This document shows, one piece after another, positions 28,279 to 39,567 of a DNA stretch of 64,000 nt; within the stretch, counting starts at the first letter, position 1; each line of letters begins with the position of its first letter. The translations under genes and the position numbers were made by a program. The notes beneath the pieces were generated by a model that was not told where the DNA came from, did not search any database, and saw only the letters and a list, made by a program, of their open reading frames with translations. This DNA comes from an uncultured bacterium (GTDB lineage: Bacteria; Babelota; Babeliae; Babelales; Vermiphilaceae), in NCBI GenBank assembly GCA_963707655.1, contig OY970172.1, forward strand, positions 352,001-416,000. The letters are read 5' to 3'.

Positions 28279-29040
28279 ATGGAGCATAATAATAACATTG
28301 ACACATTAATTTTTGATCTCTTTGGCGTTCTGTTCAAGTTTGATACAATTCCCTCTATCCGCTATTTGGGCATTTGTGATATTATCTGGTACTACTTCAG
28401 ATTTCAACAAAACCCTTTTAAACGCGCATTGAATGTTTTAGATAAAATGCGTCGGGAAGTCCCTGGTGAATATCAAGATCTCATGACCTATAAAGGGGAG
28501 CATCTTTTGCCTGAAAGCTTTGTAAATTGGCAAAAAGGATACACCTCTCGCGCCGAAATGGTCAGCAAAATACATCGTTACATACATCTTTTACAGAGCG
28601 AGAATTATTTTGTTAATGATTATGATAGAAAATCAATAGAAAGCCTTCTCATGCTTTTTGCCCATCCATCGCAATTAATTGATTCCTTCTACCCTCCCTC
28701 ATATATCATTGATTTAATAGAAAAAATATATGCGCAAAAAAGATATAAACTCTATATTATATCTAATATCGACACAGAAACTTTTAATCTTATCTCAAAA
28801 AGATATGAATCATTTTTTGCACTTTTTGATGGCTTTGTTGCCTCATGCAACGTACATAAAATAAAGCCTGATCCCGCGATTTATGAGTATGCGATCCACA
28901 AATACAATCTGGTTCCGGAGCGGTGTTATTTTATTGATGATCAAAAAGAAAATATTCTTGCCGCACAAAAACTGGGCATCAATACGCTCTTGTGCCCCAA
29001 GCCAAGTAAACTTGCCGGAATACTGGAGCCCTTGTTATAA
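28279..29040 (+). CDS. HAD-superfamily phosphatase
   Basis: IFDLFGVL, ISN, KPDPAIY, FIDD. Confidence 0.85.
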   Translation: MEHNNNIDTLIFDLFGVLFKFDTIPSIRYLGICDIIWYYFRFQQNPFKRALNVLDKMRREVPGEYQDLMTYKGEHLLPESFVNWQKGYTSRAEMVSKIHRYIHLLQSENYFVNDYDRKSIESLLMLFAHPSQLIDSFYPPSYIIDLIEKIYAQKRYKLYIISNIDTETFNLISKRYESFFALFDGFVASCNVHKIKPDPAIYEYAIHKYNLVPERCYFIDDQKENILAAQKLGINTLLCPKPSKLAGILEPLL

Positions 29041-29151
29041 AAAAGAGCTTGTAGCATAGTGAAAATGAGCTGCCATTTTTTTGCCATTCATTTACCCAAC
29101 ATACTATAGAAAATGTGCTGGGTAAGGTGAATAACAAAAAAAGCTTGGCTT

Positions 29152-30573
29152 CTAGTAGGATTTTGCCACTATAACGTCCCCCATGCTGGGACGATCACAA
29201 TTAAAGCAATCTAAAAAAGTTTTTTCCGGTAATAGACAGCGTGTTGTTGCCTGAAATTGTTTTAATTGTTTTTCGCACTCAGGCCGTTGGCACCAGCCCG
29301 TTTGATAAACCCCATTGTGCTCCATCAGTACAGGCCCGAAATCTTTTAATTTTTCAGCCTTGTGCCACTGACTCTCTTGGCGCTCTTTGGCTCGTTCAAA
29401 CATGGTCTTTTGAATTACTTCAAGACGATTTTTTACATAATCAGATACTTGGTCCAAAGAAACCGCTTCTTTCATCAATCCTAGACGGTCGGCAATAAGC
29501 GCATTGTTGCGCGCAATATCGCGCGGTCCAATTTCAAGGCGTAACGGCACGCCCTTTAATTCCCAATGCCAGAATTTGGCTCCGGGGGTTTTATTATCAT
29601 CAAGATCAATTTTGACGCGAACCCCATGAGCTGCAAGATTCTTTTCAATGCTGTGCGCAACATCTAAGACAGCATCTTTACTTTCCCCAGCCTTGAAAAT
29701 AGGGATAATAACCAATTGAATTGGCGCAATTTTTGGCGGTAATACCAATCCTTTTTGATCACCATGCACCATAACAACCGCACCGATTAAACGAGTCGTT
29801 GCTCCCCAACTTGTCAGATATGGGTGCGCAAGGGTACCGGTGCGATCTTGAAATTTGATATCAAAAGATACAGCGAAACTCTGAGACAGAAGATGCGAGG
29901 TGCCCATTTGCAAAGCCTTGCCATCTTGCATGACCCCTTCAAACGTTAAGGTTTTTTCTGCACCGGGGAACTTCTCTTGCTCAGATTTGGTTCCGGCAAT
30001 AACCGGTATTGCCAAATAGTTATGGGCAAGATCCACATACTCATCGAGCATGCGCTTGGTAAACGCCCATGCTTCATCTCGCGTTTCATGTGCCGTGTGG
30101 CCTTCCTGCCAGAAAAATTCGGTTGTTCTTAAGAATGCCCGGGGACGCATCTCCCAACGCACCACATTAGCCCATTGGTTAATTTTAAGCGGTAAATCGC
30201 GCCACGATGATATCCAGCGGGCAAACATATAGTGAATAATTGTTTCGGAAGTGGGCCTAATCACCAACGGTTCTTCAAGCTCTTTGCCTCCTGCGTGGGT
30301 TACCACCGCCAATTCAGGAGCAAATCCTTCAACATGCTCCGCTTCTCGCTTTAAAAATGATTCGGGAATAAGCAGAGGAAATGAGGCGTTTTGTGTGCCG
30401 GTTGCCTTAATTTTACTATCTAAAACATCTCTGATATGTTCCCATACGGCATAACCATAGGGGCGAATAACTATAGAGCCACGCACCGGTGATTGATCAG
30501 CAAACTCAGCAAGGTAAATTATTTCTTGATACCACTCATTAAACTGTTTTTTGATGTCTGGTAACTTATTCAT
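29152..30573 (-). CDS. proS: Proline--tRNA ligase (archaeal/eukaryotic type)
   Basis: HVEGFAPE, RPTSET, QWANVVRWE, FLRTTEFFWQEGHT, SWGATTR; ends AKSY. Confidence 0.97.
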   Translation of the reverse strand: MNKLPDIKKQFNEWYQEIIYLAEFADQSPVRGSIVIRPYGYAVWEHIRDVLDSKIKATGTQNASFPLLIPESFLKREAEHVEGFAPELAVVTHAGGKELEEPLVIRPTSETIIHYMFARWISSWRDLPLKINQWANVVRWEMRPRAFLRTTEFFWQEGHTAHETRDEAWAFTKRMLDEYVDLAHNYLAIPVIAGTKSEQEKFPGAEKTLTFEGVMQDGKALQMGTSHLLSQSFAVSFDIKFQDRTGTLAHPYLTSWGATTRLIGAVVMVHGDQKGLVLPPKIAPIQLVIIPIFKAGESKDAVLDVAHSIEKNLAAHGVRVKIDLDDNKTPGAKFWHWELKGVPLRLEIGPRDIARNNALIADRLGLMKEAVSLDQVSDYVKNRLEVIQKTMFERAKERQESQWHKAEKLKDFGPVLMEHNGVYQTGWCQRPECEKQLKQFQATTRCLLPEKTFLDCFNCDRPSMGDVIVAKSY

Positions 30574-30888
30574 ATTAGATACACTTTTTTCAATTAAGAT
30601 AAGATAACTCTATATTCTGATACGACAATAATATTAGTACAGAATATCCTATCGATCAAAATAAGTCATCTCGCGTTCATTTTTCTGCGTTAATTTTAAA
30701 TAAATACTATTTTTTTTATTATGTAGTCACTTCTTCATAAAACCGTCAAGCAGGTGTTTTTGATAAAACTCAATTTAGAAACTAATTATTTTTTTCAATT
30801 AATTGTTGATTTTCAAACAAGCAATTCTATAAGATGAAAGTAAGTAGAAGTTTCGATTGTTAATTTCTAAAAAAGGAAGGATTCACCC

Positions 30889-31032
30889 ATGGCAATCAAA
30901 CGCAAAGTCGCTAAGAAGGCAGTTAAGAGAGCTGCCCCTAAAAGAAAAGTGGCTAAAAAAGCAGTTAAAAAAACTGCTAAAAGAAAAGTAGCTAAAAAAG
31001 CGGTAAGAAGAACCGTTAAAAAAGCAGCGTAA
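30889..31032 (+). CDS. Small histone H1-like basic protein (47 aa), absent from the ORF track
   Basis: MAIKRKVAKKAVKRAAPKRKVAKKAVKKTAKRKVAKKAVRRTVKKAA*; AAGGAAGG RBS; followed by a terminator. Confidence 0.85.
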   Translation: MAIKRKVAKKAVKRAAPKRKVAKKAVKKTAKRKVAKKAVRRTVKKAA

Positions 31033-31047
31033 GCTGTAAGCTACTCT

Positions 31048-31095
31048 TTAAAAATAAAATAGGCCTTTCTCGTAAAGGCCTATTTTATTTTTAAA
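31048..31095. terminator. Bidirectional terminator
   Basis: AAAATAAAATAGGCCTTT-loop-AAAGGCCTATTTTATTTT long inverted repeat between convergent genes. Confidence 0.8.
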
Positions 31096-32054
31096 ACCCT
31101 TGTTTCTAACTCTTCCTGATAAAAGCAATACAGACCACACATGACCAAAATTAAAGTGGCCACAAAATAGCCTGATAATTGTTCATCAAAGAACAACCAA
31201 CCCAAGATAGCCGCAAATAACGGACACATAAAGCCGGCAAATGATAAAAAAGTAGCTGAATAGCGCTTTAAAAGATAGGCGTATAAGTTATAGCAAATCA
31301 CATTGGCAATTGTGATGAGCGCCAGCAAATAAACACCACTTAAAAGGAAAACCGTCCCTTTATTACCAATAAACGAAGCTAGCATATTTTCCCAGGGGCC
31401 AAGCTGCTGCCCCCCAATAATATGGGGCGCGCCTTCAATATATAATGAACTTATCAATGCTAAAAACCCACCGCCCAACATGGCGATGCCGTTAATGGTA
31501 AGCGGCGTATACTGGTATTCCTTCATCAAACGAAATACTAAAAGCCACCCATAACAGGCACTTGCCACGGCGAGTAACAATGCAAGCTCGGGAAAAGAGA
31601 CAAATGAGAAGTGGCCGACCAGGTCTTCAGTAACCGTTGACGAGAACAGCCAAGGAACAAGCGCAACAAGACCAAAAGCAAGGCCTAGCCATTTCTTGGC
31701 AGTTAATCGTTCATAACCGAGAAAAAATGCCATGAATGCGGTAATAAAAGGAGAAAAATTATAAATGAGTGCTGTTTTTGCGGAAGCGGTATATTGTAAT
31801 GCCCAAAATTCAGCTACATATGCTATGTAGATGTGAAAAAGAATAACTTGAAGCAACAACGGCCACGATCTTTTATTAATTTTGATCCCCGCCGTGTATG
31901 ATTCATAGCCAAGCAATAAAAACCCGGCAAGCAGCATGCGAATGCCGATGCACAAAAATGGCGGCAAAAATAAGAGTGTCGCTTTTGCTAAAGTAAAAGT
32001 GGTAGCAAAAAGCAGATACAGAATCACAATGAGCCAGAGTTGCATCATCTTCAC
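31080..32054 (-). CDS. DMT/EamA family transporter
   Basis: About 10 TM segments; ALQYTASAKTALIYNFSPF; PLFAAILGWLFFDE. Confidence 0.9.
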   Translation of the reverse strand: MKMMQLWLIVILYLLFATTFTLAKATLLFLPPFLCIGIRMLLAGFLLLGYESYTAGIKINKRSWPLLLQVILFHIYIAYVAEFWALQYTASAKTALIYNFSPFITAFMAFFLGYERLTAKKWLGLAFGLVALVPWLFSSTVTEDLVGHFSFVSFPELALLLAVASACYGWLLVFRLMKEYQYTPLTINGIAMLGGGFLALISSLYIEGAPHIIGGQQLGPWENMLASFIGNKGTVFLLSGVYLLALITIANVICYNLYAYLLKRYSATFLSFAGFMCPLFAAILGWLFFDEQLSGYFVATLILVMCGLYCFYQEELETRVLKIK

Positions 32055-32081
32055 ATCACATTCGTTTTAATATTCGGTATA

Positions 32082-32906
32082 TCACTCATGAGAACTTGAT
32101 ACAACCAATTCATTATCAACAACATGCACCCGCTTAATGTCGATCGCTTTGCCCGTTGCCGTGTCAACATCAATATAGACGCCAGAAATAACTCCTGGCC
32201 CCTCTGTTTCAACTTCAAAGCGTGTAGGCATTTGCGTTAAAAAATGCTGAATAATAGGCCCTTTTTTCATGCCAAGCATGCCATTAAGCGCGCCTACCAT
32301 GCCCAAATCGGTAACAAATGCCGTTCCTCCGGGCAACACTCGCTCGTCTGCGGTGGGCACATGAGTATGAGTGCCAACCACGCCAGATACTTTCCCATCA
32401 AGAAAGTGAGCTAGGCCAATTTTTTCTGAGGTAGCTTCAGCATGCATATCTACAAAAACAAGAGGAGTCTGGTGCTTAAGGTAGGTCAGAATAGATTCAA
32501 CGGTTCTAAAAGGACAATCAACATGCTCGCGCATAAATACACGGCCAAGAACGTTAATCACCGCTACGCGTTCACCTTTACAGCTGAAAATAGTTACGCC
32601 AACTCCCGGTGTTTCACTGGGAAAATTAGCTGGTCGCAATAAATCTTTATTTTCAGCCAAATAGGAATAAATATCCCGCTGTGCCCAGATATGATTACCG
32701 GAAGTTACCACGTCGGCACCACATTTTTTTAAGAATTTCATATCTTTAGCAGTAATGCCTCTACCGGACGGCGCACAGTTTTCTCCGTTTACTATCACGG
32801 CATCAATCGCATATTTATCTTTGATCTGCTGAATATGTTTTTGGAACATAGCCAAGCCGGTGGCACCAACTACGTCACCAATTAATAATACGCGTAAACG
32901 ATTCAT
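32082..32906 (-). CDS. ymdB: YmdB-like 2',3'-cyclic phosphodiesterase
   Basis: IGDVVG, NGEN, TSGNH, VDMHAEATSEK, GTHTH; downstream of rny. Confidence 0.93.
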   Translation of the reverse strand: MNRLRVLLIGDVVGATGLAMFQKHIQQIKDKYAIDAVIVNGENCAPSGRGITAKDMKFLKKCGADVVTSGNHIWAQRDIYSYLAENKDLLRPANFPSETPGVGVTIFSCKGERVAVINVLGRVFMREHVDCPFRTVESILTYLKHQTPLVFVDMHAEATSEKIGLAHFLDGKVSGVVGTHTHVPTADERVLPGGTAFVTDLGMVGALNGMLGMKKGPIIQHFLTQMPTRFEVETEGPGVISGVYIDVDTATGKAIDIKRVHVVDNELVVSSSHE

Positions 32907-32909
32907 TGG

Positions 32910-34469
32910 TTACCTTGCATATTCGATTGCCCGTTTTTCTCTAATAACATTGATTTTGATCTGGCCAGGAAAATTCATTTCTTTTTCTACTTTTTCTGCG
33001 ATTGAGCGCGCCAACATTGCTGCTTTATCATCATCCAAGCGGTCTTCTTCAACAATAATACGCACTTCTCTGCCGGCCTGCAAAGCATACGCCTTTTTAA
33101 TGCCTTCAAAAGAGTAGGCTATATCTTCTAATTGTTCCAAGCGCTTAACATACGCAGTCAACGTTTCTCGGCGAGCGCCCGGACGGGAGGCAGAAATAGT
33201 ATCTGCTATCACGACCAAAATTGCATACATAGAATTAAAAGGAACTTCTTCATGGTGAGCTGCAATAGCATTAACAATAATAGGGTCTTCGCCACAGCGC
33301 TTTGCAATGTCGCCACCAATCTTGGCGTGCGGGCCTTCAACCTCCGCAGTTACCGCTTTTCCTATATCATGAAATAGTCCTGCACGCATCGCAATGTTTC
33401 CATCGAGCCCAAGCTCTTGTGCTATCATGCGAGCGAAGATGCCGACTTCTTTTGAGTGTATCAATACATTTTGAGAAAAACTTGTTCTAAAATGTAATTT
33501 GCCGAGCAACGTAACAATCTCGGGATGAACCCCTTGTAAATTGCATTCTAAAATAGCAGCTTTGCCATATTCCTCTATTACTTCTTCGATCTCTTTTTCT
33601 GCCTGAAGCACTGTTTCTTCAATGCGAGTAGGATTGATACGACCATCAGTAATCAAACGCTCCAATGAACGTCGCGCAACTTCGCGGCGTATCGGATTAA
33701 ATCCTGAGATGGTAATAATTTCTGGCGTCTCGCCGATAACAAAATCCATACCGGTAGCCATTTCAAGCGCTTTAATGTTTCTTCCTTCTTTCCCGATGAT
33801 TCTCCCCTTCATTTCCTCATTGGGAAGATGAACAACGCTTGATGAATGAGCGGAAACCTGGTCAGCCGTATAGCGTTGCATAGCGCTCACCACAATCTGA
33901 ATAGATTGTTCTTTAGCTACCTGCTTGCTTTCTTCTTCAACTTTTTGTATCCACTTCTGATTGCTCAATTGCACTTCATCATGCAACATATCAAAAAGTG
34001 ATTGTCTGGCGTCTTCACGCGTCATGCTACTTACACGCTCAAGTTTTGAGACGAGATCATTATAAAGATTTTTTAATTTTATTTCATTAGCGCGCAGAAC
34101 ATCCTCGGTGCGAGAGATAACGCGCTCTTTTTGTTGCAACTCACGCTTGGTAGCATCTAAATCTTGCTCTTTTTTATCAATTGCTTCGTACTTATCACTT
34201 AATTTGCTCTGCAAGCGGTCAAGATCTGCACGCTCACGTTTAATTTCAATATCAAATTCAGTGCGTCTTTTATACAACTCATCTTTTACTTTTAAGAGTG
34301 CTTCTCTACGCTCAGTTTCGATTTCATTCTTGCTGCTTTGCATTTTTTCTTGGGATTCTTTGAGCACTCGATGCGCATCAACAATTTTTTTCCGTGCAAA
34401 GAGGAGCAAGAGAACGGTGATTGCTATCCCGCCAGCTGCGGCCATCAGTGAAATTATTGTAATATCCAT
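32910..34469 (-). CDS. rny: Ribonuclease Y
   Basis: N-terminal TM, coiled coil, KH (KGRIIGKEGRNI), HD (HDIGK), SRPGAR, AGREVR. Confidence 0.97.
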   Translation of the reverse strand: MDITIISLMAAAGGIAITVLLLLFARKKIVDAHRVLKESQEKMQSSKNEIETERREALLKVKDELYKRRTEFDIEIKRERADLDRLQSKLSDKYEAIDKKEQDLDATKRELQQKERVISRTEDVLRANEIKLKNLYNDLVSKLERVSSMTREDARQSLFDMLHDEVQLSNQKWIQKVEEESKQVAKEQSIQIVVSAMQRYTADQVSAHSSSVVHLPNEEMKGRIIGKEGRNIKALEMATGMDFVIGETPEIITISGFNPIRREVARRSLERLITDGRINPTRIEETVLQAEKEIEEVIEEYGKAAILECNLQGVHPEIVTLLGKLHFRTSFSQNVLIHSKEVGIFARMIAQELGLDGNIAMRAGLFHDIGKAVTAEVEGPHAKIGGDIAKRCGEDPIIVNAIAAHHEEVPFNSMYAILVVIADTISASRPGARRETLTAYVKRLEQLEDIAYSFEGIKKAYALQAGREVRIIVEEDRLDDDKAAMLARSIAEKVEKEMNFPGQIKINVIREKRAIEYAR

Positions 34470-34692
34470 TATTAAATTCCTACATATTCAAAAATAAATC
34501 TTAATGTGTCAAATCAACACTTCCATTATAACGACAAAATAAAATGATTTATAGGAGCGAGATGTTCTAAAACAAAGACGAGCTAGAAGAAATACCGGAA
34601 ATTCATTGATTAAAAGCAATTTTCACCGGGCAAACACCAAATTATTTGGCCATTTATCCGGTGAAAATTAGTAACTTTGACGCGATATACTG

Positions 34693-34974
34693 TTATGAAT
34701 CTAAAGCAGACGCAATGCGCTTGGTTAATTCTTCACAATAATCAAAAGATTGCTTATTAATGGTTTGTTCATGAACCAATTTGCTTGCCAGCTGCAAGGC
34801 AACAAAAACCGCAATTTTTTGAGCCGGCACACGCATCATTTTTTGTGCGACATCGTTCATAGATGAATCGACCATATGAGCGACAAAAGCAACATGTTGC
34901 TCTGACTCGTCACTCATAAACGCGTATTGCTCACCAAAAATAGTGATTTTATAGTTTTTTGGCTGCGCATTCAT
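34693..34974 (-). CDS. zapA: Cell division protein ZapA
   Basis: ITIFGEQY…VAHMVDSSM…IAVFVALQLA; synteny with rny. Confidence 0.85.
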   Translation of the reverse strand: MNAQPKNYKITIFGEQYAFMSDESEQHVAFVAHMVDSSMNDVAQKMMRVPAQKIAVFVALQLASKLVHEQTINKQSFDYCEELTKRIASALDS

Positions 34975-35222
34975 TGGCCATCAACTTCAACTAAAGAATC
35001 AATGTTCTTTATCAAATCGTCGATAACCATTTTGGTTAACGCTTTTTCTTGATCGAGCGAATCCAATCGCTCCGTATCAAGCATCAATGCTTCTTCAAGT
35101 GCTTTGATTTTTAAATTAAGCTGCTCATTTTCAGCGCCTAACTTTGAACAGGCTTGATTGGCACTTTGCAGTCGTTCAATTAAAACCGCTATCTTTTCTT
35201 CTAAAACTTTAAAAGCATCCAT
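34971..35222 (-). CDS. Short coiled-coil protein, ZapB-like
   Basis: 83-aa coiled coil (LEEKIAVLIE…) overlapping the zapA start. Confidence 0.7.
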   Translation of the reverse strand: MDAFKVLEEKIAVLIERLQSANQACSKLGAENEQLNLKIKALEEALMLDTERLDSLDQEKALTKMVIDDLIKNIDSLVEVDGQ

Positions 35223-35301
35223 ACTAAACTCCCTTTATGAGGAATGATCTATATTGAAAATAGTTTAGTAAGATGCTTAAAAGCTTGTCAAGATATCTGA
35301 T

Positions 35302-35649
35302 TTATTGCTTGGCAACTTGAACCAAACGAGTAAATGCTTGCGGCTCAAAAATAGCGAGCTGGCTCAACATTTTTCGATTCAATTCAACCTGAGCCTTTTT
35401 CAAACCAAAGATAAATTTGTTGTAAGAAAGACCGTTTTGCACTGAAGCAGCTTTGATACGAGCAATGAAAAGAGCGCGCATATCACGCTTTCTCAGTTTT
35501 CTTCCTTTAAAAGCGTATGCCATGGCACGCAATAAAGTTTCTTTAGCGCGTTTGAAAATATTCTTACGCTGTCCCCAATAACCCTTGGTAAGCTTCAATA
35601 ATTTTTTATGTCTTTTTTTGACCTGTAAACCGCGTTTAATTCTTGTCAT
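35302..35649 (-). CDS. rplT: 50S ribosomal protein L20
   Basis: MTRIKRG…KGYWG…RKLRKRDMRALFIARI…LNRKMLSQLA. Confidence 0.97.
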   Translation of the reverse strand: MTRIKRGLQVKKRHKKLLKLTKGYWGQRKNIFKRAKETLLRAMAYAFKGRKLRKRDMRALFIARIKAASVQNGLSYNKFIFGLKKAQVELNRKMLSQLAIFEPQAFTRLVQVAKQ

Positions 35650-35694
35650 GAATTATATACCCCACTCATGCTATCATCGAAATAAATATACCAA

Positions 35695-35892
35695 TTAACC
35701 ATACGGCAAAAGTTTTTTAATTCTATTAAAATCTGATGCCCCCACATAGGAACCTTCACGCAATTGTCTTTTTCTTTTTGCTGATTTTTTAGTCAACAAA
35801 TGACGACGATTTGCTTTTGCTCGCTTAATTTTGCTTTTACCTACTACTTTAAATCTTTTTTTTGCTGCTGAACGTGTTTTTATTTTAACCAT
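35695..35892 (-). CDS. rpmI: 50S ribosomal protein L35
   Basis: KIKTRSAAKKRF…HLLTKKSAKRKR. Confidence 0.96.
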   Translation of the reverse strand: MVKIKTRSAAKKRFKVVGKSKIKRAKANRRHLLTKKSAKRKRQLREGSYVGASDFNRIKKLLPYG

Positions 35893-35916
35893 TGTTTTCC
35901 CTAACGAGTATTTACC

Positions 35917-36495
35917 CTATTTAAGATAATAGATGCGCGACCACAATTGACCCAACTTCGCATCTTTCTCTTGAGCAAGGTCATCTTTCGAATATGAAGC
36001 CTCAAAGCTCTTGTTCACTTTGTCAAACATTTCGGCACCGCGCTCCTCTTTGGTCATCATCTCGCGACCTTTAAAGAAAAGAGTTACTTTTACTCGTTTT
36101 CCTTCTTGGAGGAATTGCAATGCCTGCTTTATTTTTGTTTGATAATCGTGCTCACCAATTTTTGGGCTTAATTTAATTTCTTTAACTTGAATAGTTTTTT
36201 GGTGCTTTTTTGACTCAGTCTGTTTCTTCTTTTTCTCGTACAAAACCTTGCCAAAATCCATAATTTTAACAACAGGAACGCCTTCGCGCCCTTCCTCAGA
36301 TATCATTACCAAGTCAAGGCCAGCGGCATCAGCCCTTTTTAAGGCATCAAAGCGAGAAACAATACCAACATTTTCTCCTTCATGAGTAATCAATTGCACT
36401 TGAGGCGCACGGATTTTCTCATTGACCAGAGCAGATGATTGTTGTTCTTTTTTAGTATTATTGTTATTAATTGGCGGTTTCAACGTTTTTTGCAT
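35917..36495 (-). CDS. infC: Translation initiation factor IF-3
   Basis: NEKIRAPQV, GLDLV, KIMDFGK, KEIKLSPKIGEHD. Confidence 0.95.
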   Translation of the reverse strand: MQKTLKPPINNNNTKKEQQSSALVNEKIRAPQVQLITHEGENVGIVSRFDALKRADAAGLDLVMISEEGREGVPVVKIMDFGKVLYEKKKKQTESKKHQKTIQVKEIKLSPKIGEHDYQTKIKQALQFLQEGKRVKVTLFFKGREMMTKEERGAEMFDKVNKSFEASYSKDDLAQEKDAKLGQLWSRIYYLK

Positions 36496-36506
36496 CCTTA
36501 TAAAAA

Positions 36507-37586
36507 TTATTCTTCGTTAACAAATTCCGCTTGCTCACCCACGGGCAAAATGACACTGTTTCGTGTTGCTATTGCTTCATGAACCTGAGTCCAAACAGAA
36601 TCAAAGAGCTTTTTATCATCTTTCAGTGCCTGAAGAGCCTGCTCGCGCCCCTGGGCGATCTTTGTATCGCGCAGAGAGAACCAAGAGCCGGACTGCTTCA
36701 CCACTTCATAATGAAGAGCGGCATCCAAAAGATCCAACTCTTTACTGATACCTTCATTAAACAGAAGGTCCAGTTCAACTTGTTTAAAGGGTGGCGCAAC
36801 CTTGTTTTTTACTACTTTCACGCGTACGCGGTTACCAATATGAAACTCATTTTTCTTAAGGCTCGCTACCTTACGCACATCAAGGCGCAGAGAGGCATAA
36901 AACTTTAATGCGTTTCCACCTGTTGTGGTTTCTTTATTGGCAAAAGGCATGGCCCCAATATTTTGTCTTATTTGATTGATGAAAATGAGTACTGTTTTTG
37001 ATTTATGGACAACCGGCGTCAATTTTCGCAATGCCTGCGACATCAACCGCGCTTGTAGCCCCATATGTGAATCACCCATCTCACCCTCAAGCTCCGCTTT
37101 GGGAACCAGGGCCGCAACAGAATCGATCACAATAATATCAACCGCTCCGGAGCGCACCAACATTTCTGCAATATCAAGTGCCTGTTCCCCATAATCGGGC
37201 TGAGAAATAATGAGATCTTCTGTATTAATACCCAATTTGGTCGCATATGCGGGATCCATGGCATGCTCTGCATCTATAAATGCGCAGATACCGCCCCGCT
37301 TTTGAGCCTGGGCAATCGCATGCATAGCCAAAGTTGTTTTTCCTGAAGATTCAGGTCCATAAATTTCGATAATTCTACCAACGGGGAGTCCACCTATACC
37401 GATAGCCTGATCAATAAGAATAGACCCGGTACTGAGTGCCTCGATTTTTGAAGCGTGCGCTTGGCCAAGCATCATTACAGCGCCATTGCCATACTGCTTG
37501 TCGATCTGAGAGAACGTTACTTCAAGAGCTTTTCTTTTGAACTCTTGGTCACGTTCAACAATGCCCGTGTTGTTTTTTGTTTTCAT
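36507..37586 (-). CDS. recA: Recombinase RecA
   Basis: [40 protein letters not shown]. Confidence 0.99.
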   Translation of the reverse strand: MKTKNNTGIVERDQEFKRKALEVTFSQIDKQYGNGAVMMLGQAHASKIEALSTGSILIDQAIGIGGLPVGRIIEIYGPESSGKTTLAMHAIAQAQKRGGICAFIDAEHAMDPAYATKLGINTEDLIISQPDYGEQALDIAEMLVRSGAVDIIVIDSVAALVPKAELEGEMGDSHMGLQARLMSQALRKLTPVVHKSKTVLIFINQIRQNIGAMPFANKETTTGGNALKFYASLRLDVRKVASLKKNEFHIGNRVRVKVVKNKVAPPFKQVELDLLFNEGISKELDLLDAALHYEVVKQSGSWFSLRDTKIAQGREQALQALKDDKKLFDSVWTQVHEAIATRNSVILPVGEQAEFVNEE

Positions 37587-37602
37587 TTTGAATTTCTTTT
37601 CT

Positions 37603-39543
37603 TCAGCTATTCATCATGGATTTGTTTTGTTTTATTGTAGCAGATCTATATAAAGAAGCAACAAATCCCCCAAAAACAAGCTGTTCTTCCTGACCTTGTA
37701 TCTGTTGTTTTATCTGAGTTTTTTGCTCTTCGAACTCTTTTTTATTAAATGGCTCAATAGCATCAAGCTTAACAATATAGCCCTTGCCATCCCCTTTTGC
37801 AACTGTCACCATACCCACTTTTTCAAGTTGAAATATTCTTGCCGGGGTAATGCCACGTGCGGCCAATTTATCGATCGCCACCTTATCTCGCGGGGTGATA
37901 ATCTCAGTTTTTTCAACTTTGCCGCCGAATAATGCTGCAAATTCAGCTCCGGTTTTACCCTGGGCGTCACGCAGATATGAGCGCAACGCGGCATCAAACG
38001 CCTGCTCGGCTCGCTGTGCATAAAGGTCATTTTTGACCTTATTCTCGATGGATGCCAATGTTGGCGTATGCGCCTTCGCAACCTCAGTCAGCTGCACCAA
38101 TACTCCCAAATCACCTTCCATATCCACGGCGTAAGCGCCCGGAGCTATTCTGAACAAGCTCTTAATAAATGAACTCTGCGCGGCGCTCGTGTTGGTTACG
38201 ACAGTACGTTTGCCCTGTTTCTTTGTAATAAAATCAGCTATCGCTTGTGGATCTGTTTTACCTTCTTCGATAGCTTTGCGCGCATCAAGGGCAAAACGGC
38301 TATTAAACTGTTGTTGCGCCAAGCGGCTTTTAATTTCATTTTCAACGGCGGAAAGAGGCTTGTATGTCGCAGCTTTTTTCTCAACCAGCTGAAGGATTTC
38401 ATACCCGTCTTTTGTTCTTAGAATTGGTGACAAAGCACCTTTGGTTTGCAAAGCAAATGCTGCCTTTTCAAATTCACGGTCATGGCTGCCCTGTGCAAAA
38501 AGAGGCATTAAACCTCCTTGTGCTGCGGTTGCCTTATCATCAGAATTTGCCGTAGCAGCTGCGGCAAATGTTCCCGGTTCTTTAGCCAGCTGATCATGAA
38601 TTTTCTCTGCCTTTTCATGCGCCAGTGGGGTAGCGTTACCAATCAAAATTCTGCGCACTTGAACCTGCGCACCCTTATCTTTGTAATCATTTTTATGCGC
38701 ATTGTAATAATCACTCACTGCTTTGCTGTCGATGGTGATGCCGTAGTGCGCCGGGTCAAAGCGCCATACAAGGCCTGACCTTGTTTCCGGCACAAGGTAA
38801 CGTTTTTCCTGCGTATTTTTAGCATCAAAAAAAGCTTGTAATTCTTGAGCTGTTATTCCTCTTGCCACTTCTTTTTTTAGAAATTCATCAAGCGAAAGAG
38901 TAGCGATAGAAAATCGTTTACCCGAAAATTCAGTTGCTGCATAATCATGCAATACAAATTGCGGAACATAGGTTGTTTTTGTGATGACCGCATCAAGCAA
39001 TTTACGCTCCAATGCATGCACCACTCGATCATCAAATTCTGCCGCAGTAAGATTAATTTGGCGCAGGTAATGACGCAATGCTGCTGCGGAAATGCCCTGT
39101 TGATCGACAAGATGAGCGGGAATAATATCAGGCAGGTTCTGAATTATATACAAAGGATCGCTTAATTTTTCTGCAACATATTCAGCCGGCAAGCGCCACC
39201 CAATCTTTGCAACCACTTGATTTAATAATTCATCACGAACCGCATTATCAAGCGCCATTTGTTCTGGATTGTGATCCAATCCCATTAATTTGATATAAAA
39301 GTCAGCATATTCACCAAAACGTTGTCTGACCATCTGCAGCTGATAGTCTTGGGCAATAACGCGCCTGGTAATATCTTCGGGAGATATCATATACTTGTTA
39401 ACAGATGCTATCCACGGGCTACTTTGAAAAAAGAAATGCACCATTTGCGTTACAGAAAGCGGCAATACAAACATTGCCACTAAAATAAGAGCAATAATTT
39501 TTATTGCGCGACCATGCATTCTTTTTCTAATCTCGATAATCAT
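37603..39543 (-). CDS. PpiD/SurA-like membrane-anchored parvulin chaperone
   Basis: N-terminal TM, SurA-N-like region, parvulin domain (VRRIL…SDD…QGGLM…FEKAAF…TKDGYEIL). Confidence 0.85.
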   Translation of the reverse strand: MIIEIRKRMHGRAIKIIALILVAMFVLPLSVTQMVHFFFQSSPWIASVNKYMISPEDITRRVIAQDYQLQMVRQRFGEYADFYIKLMGLDHNPEQMALDNAVRDELLNQVVAKIGWRLPAEYVAEKLSDPLYIIQNLPDIIPAHLVDQQGISAAALRHYLRQINLTAAEFDDRVVHALERKLLDAVITKTTYVPQFVLHDYAATEFSGKRFSIATLSLDEFLKKEVARGITAQELQAFFDAKNTQEKRYLVPETRSGLVWRFDPAHYGITIDSKAVSDYYNAHKNDYKDKGAQVQVRRILIGNATPLAHEKAEKIHDQLAKEPGTFAAAATANSDDKATAAQGGLMPLFAQGSHDREFEKAAFALQTKGALSPILRTKDGYEILQLVEKKAATYKPLSAVENEIKSRLAQQQFNSRFALDARKAIEEGKTDPQAIADFITKKQGKRTVVTNTSAAQSSFIKSLFRIAPGAYAVDMEGDLGVLVQLTEVAKAHTPTLASIENKVKNDLYAQRAEQAFDAALRSYLRDAQGKTGAEFAALFGGKVEKTEIITPRDKVAIDKLAARGITPARIFQLEKVGMVTVAKGDGKGYIVKLDAIEPFNKKEFEEQKTQIKQQIQGQEEQLVFGGFVASLYRSATIKQNKSMMNS

Positions 39544-39567
39544 ATAACAATTCCTTCTTTCTTTGTG

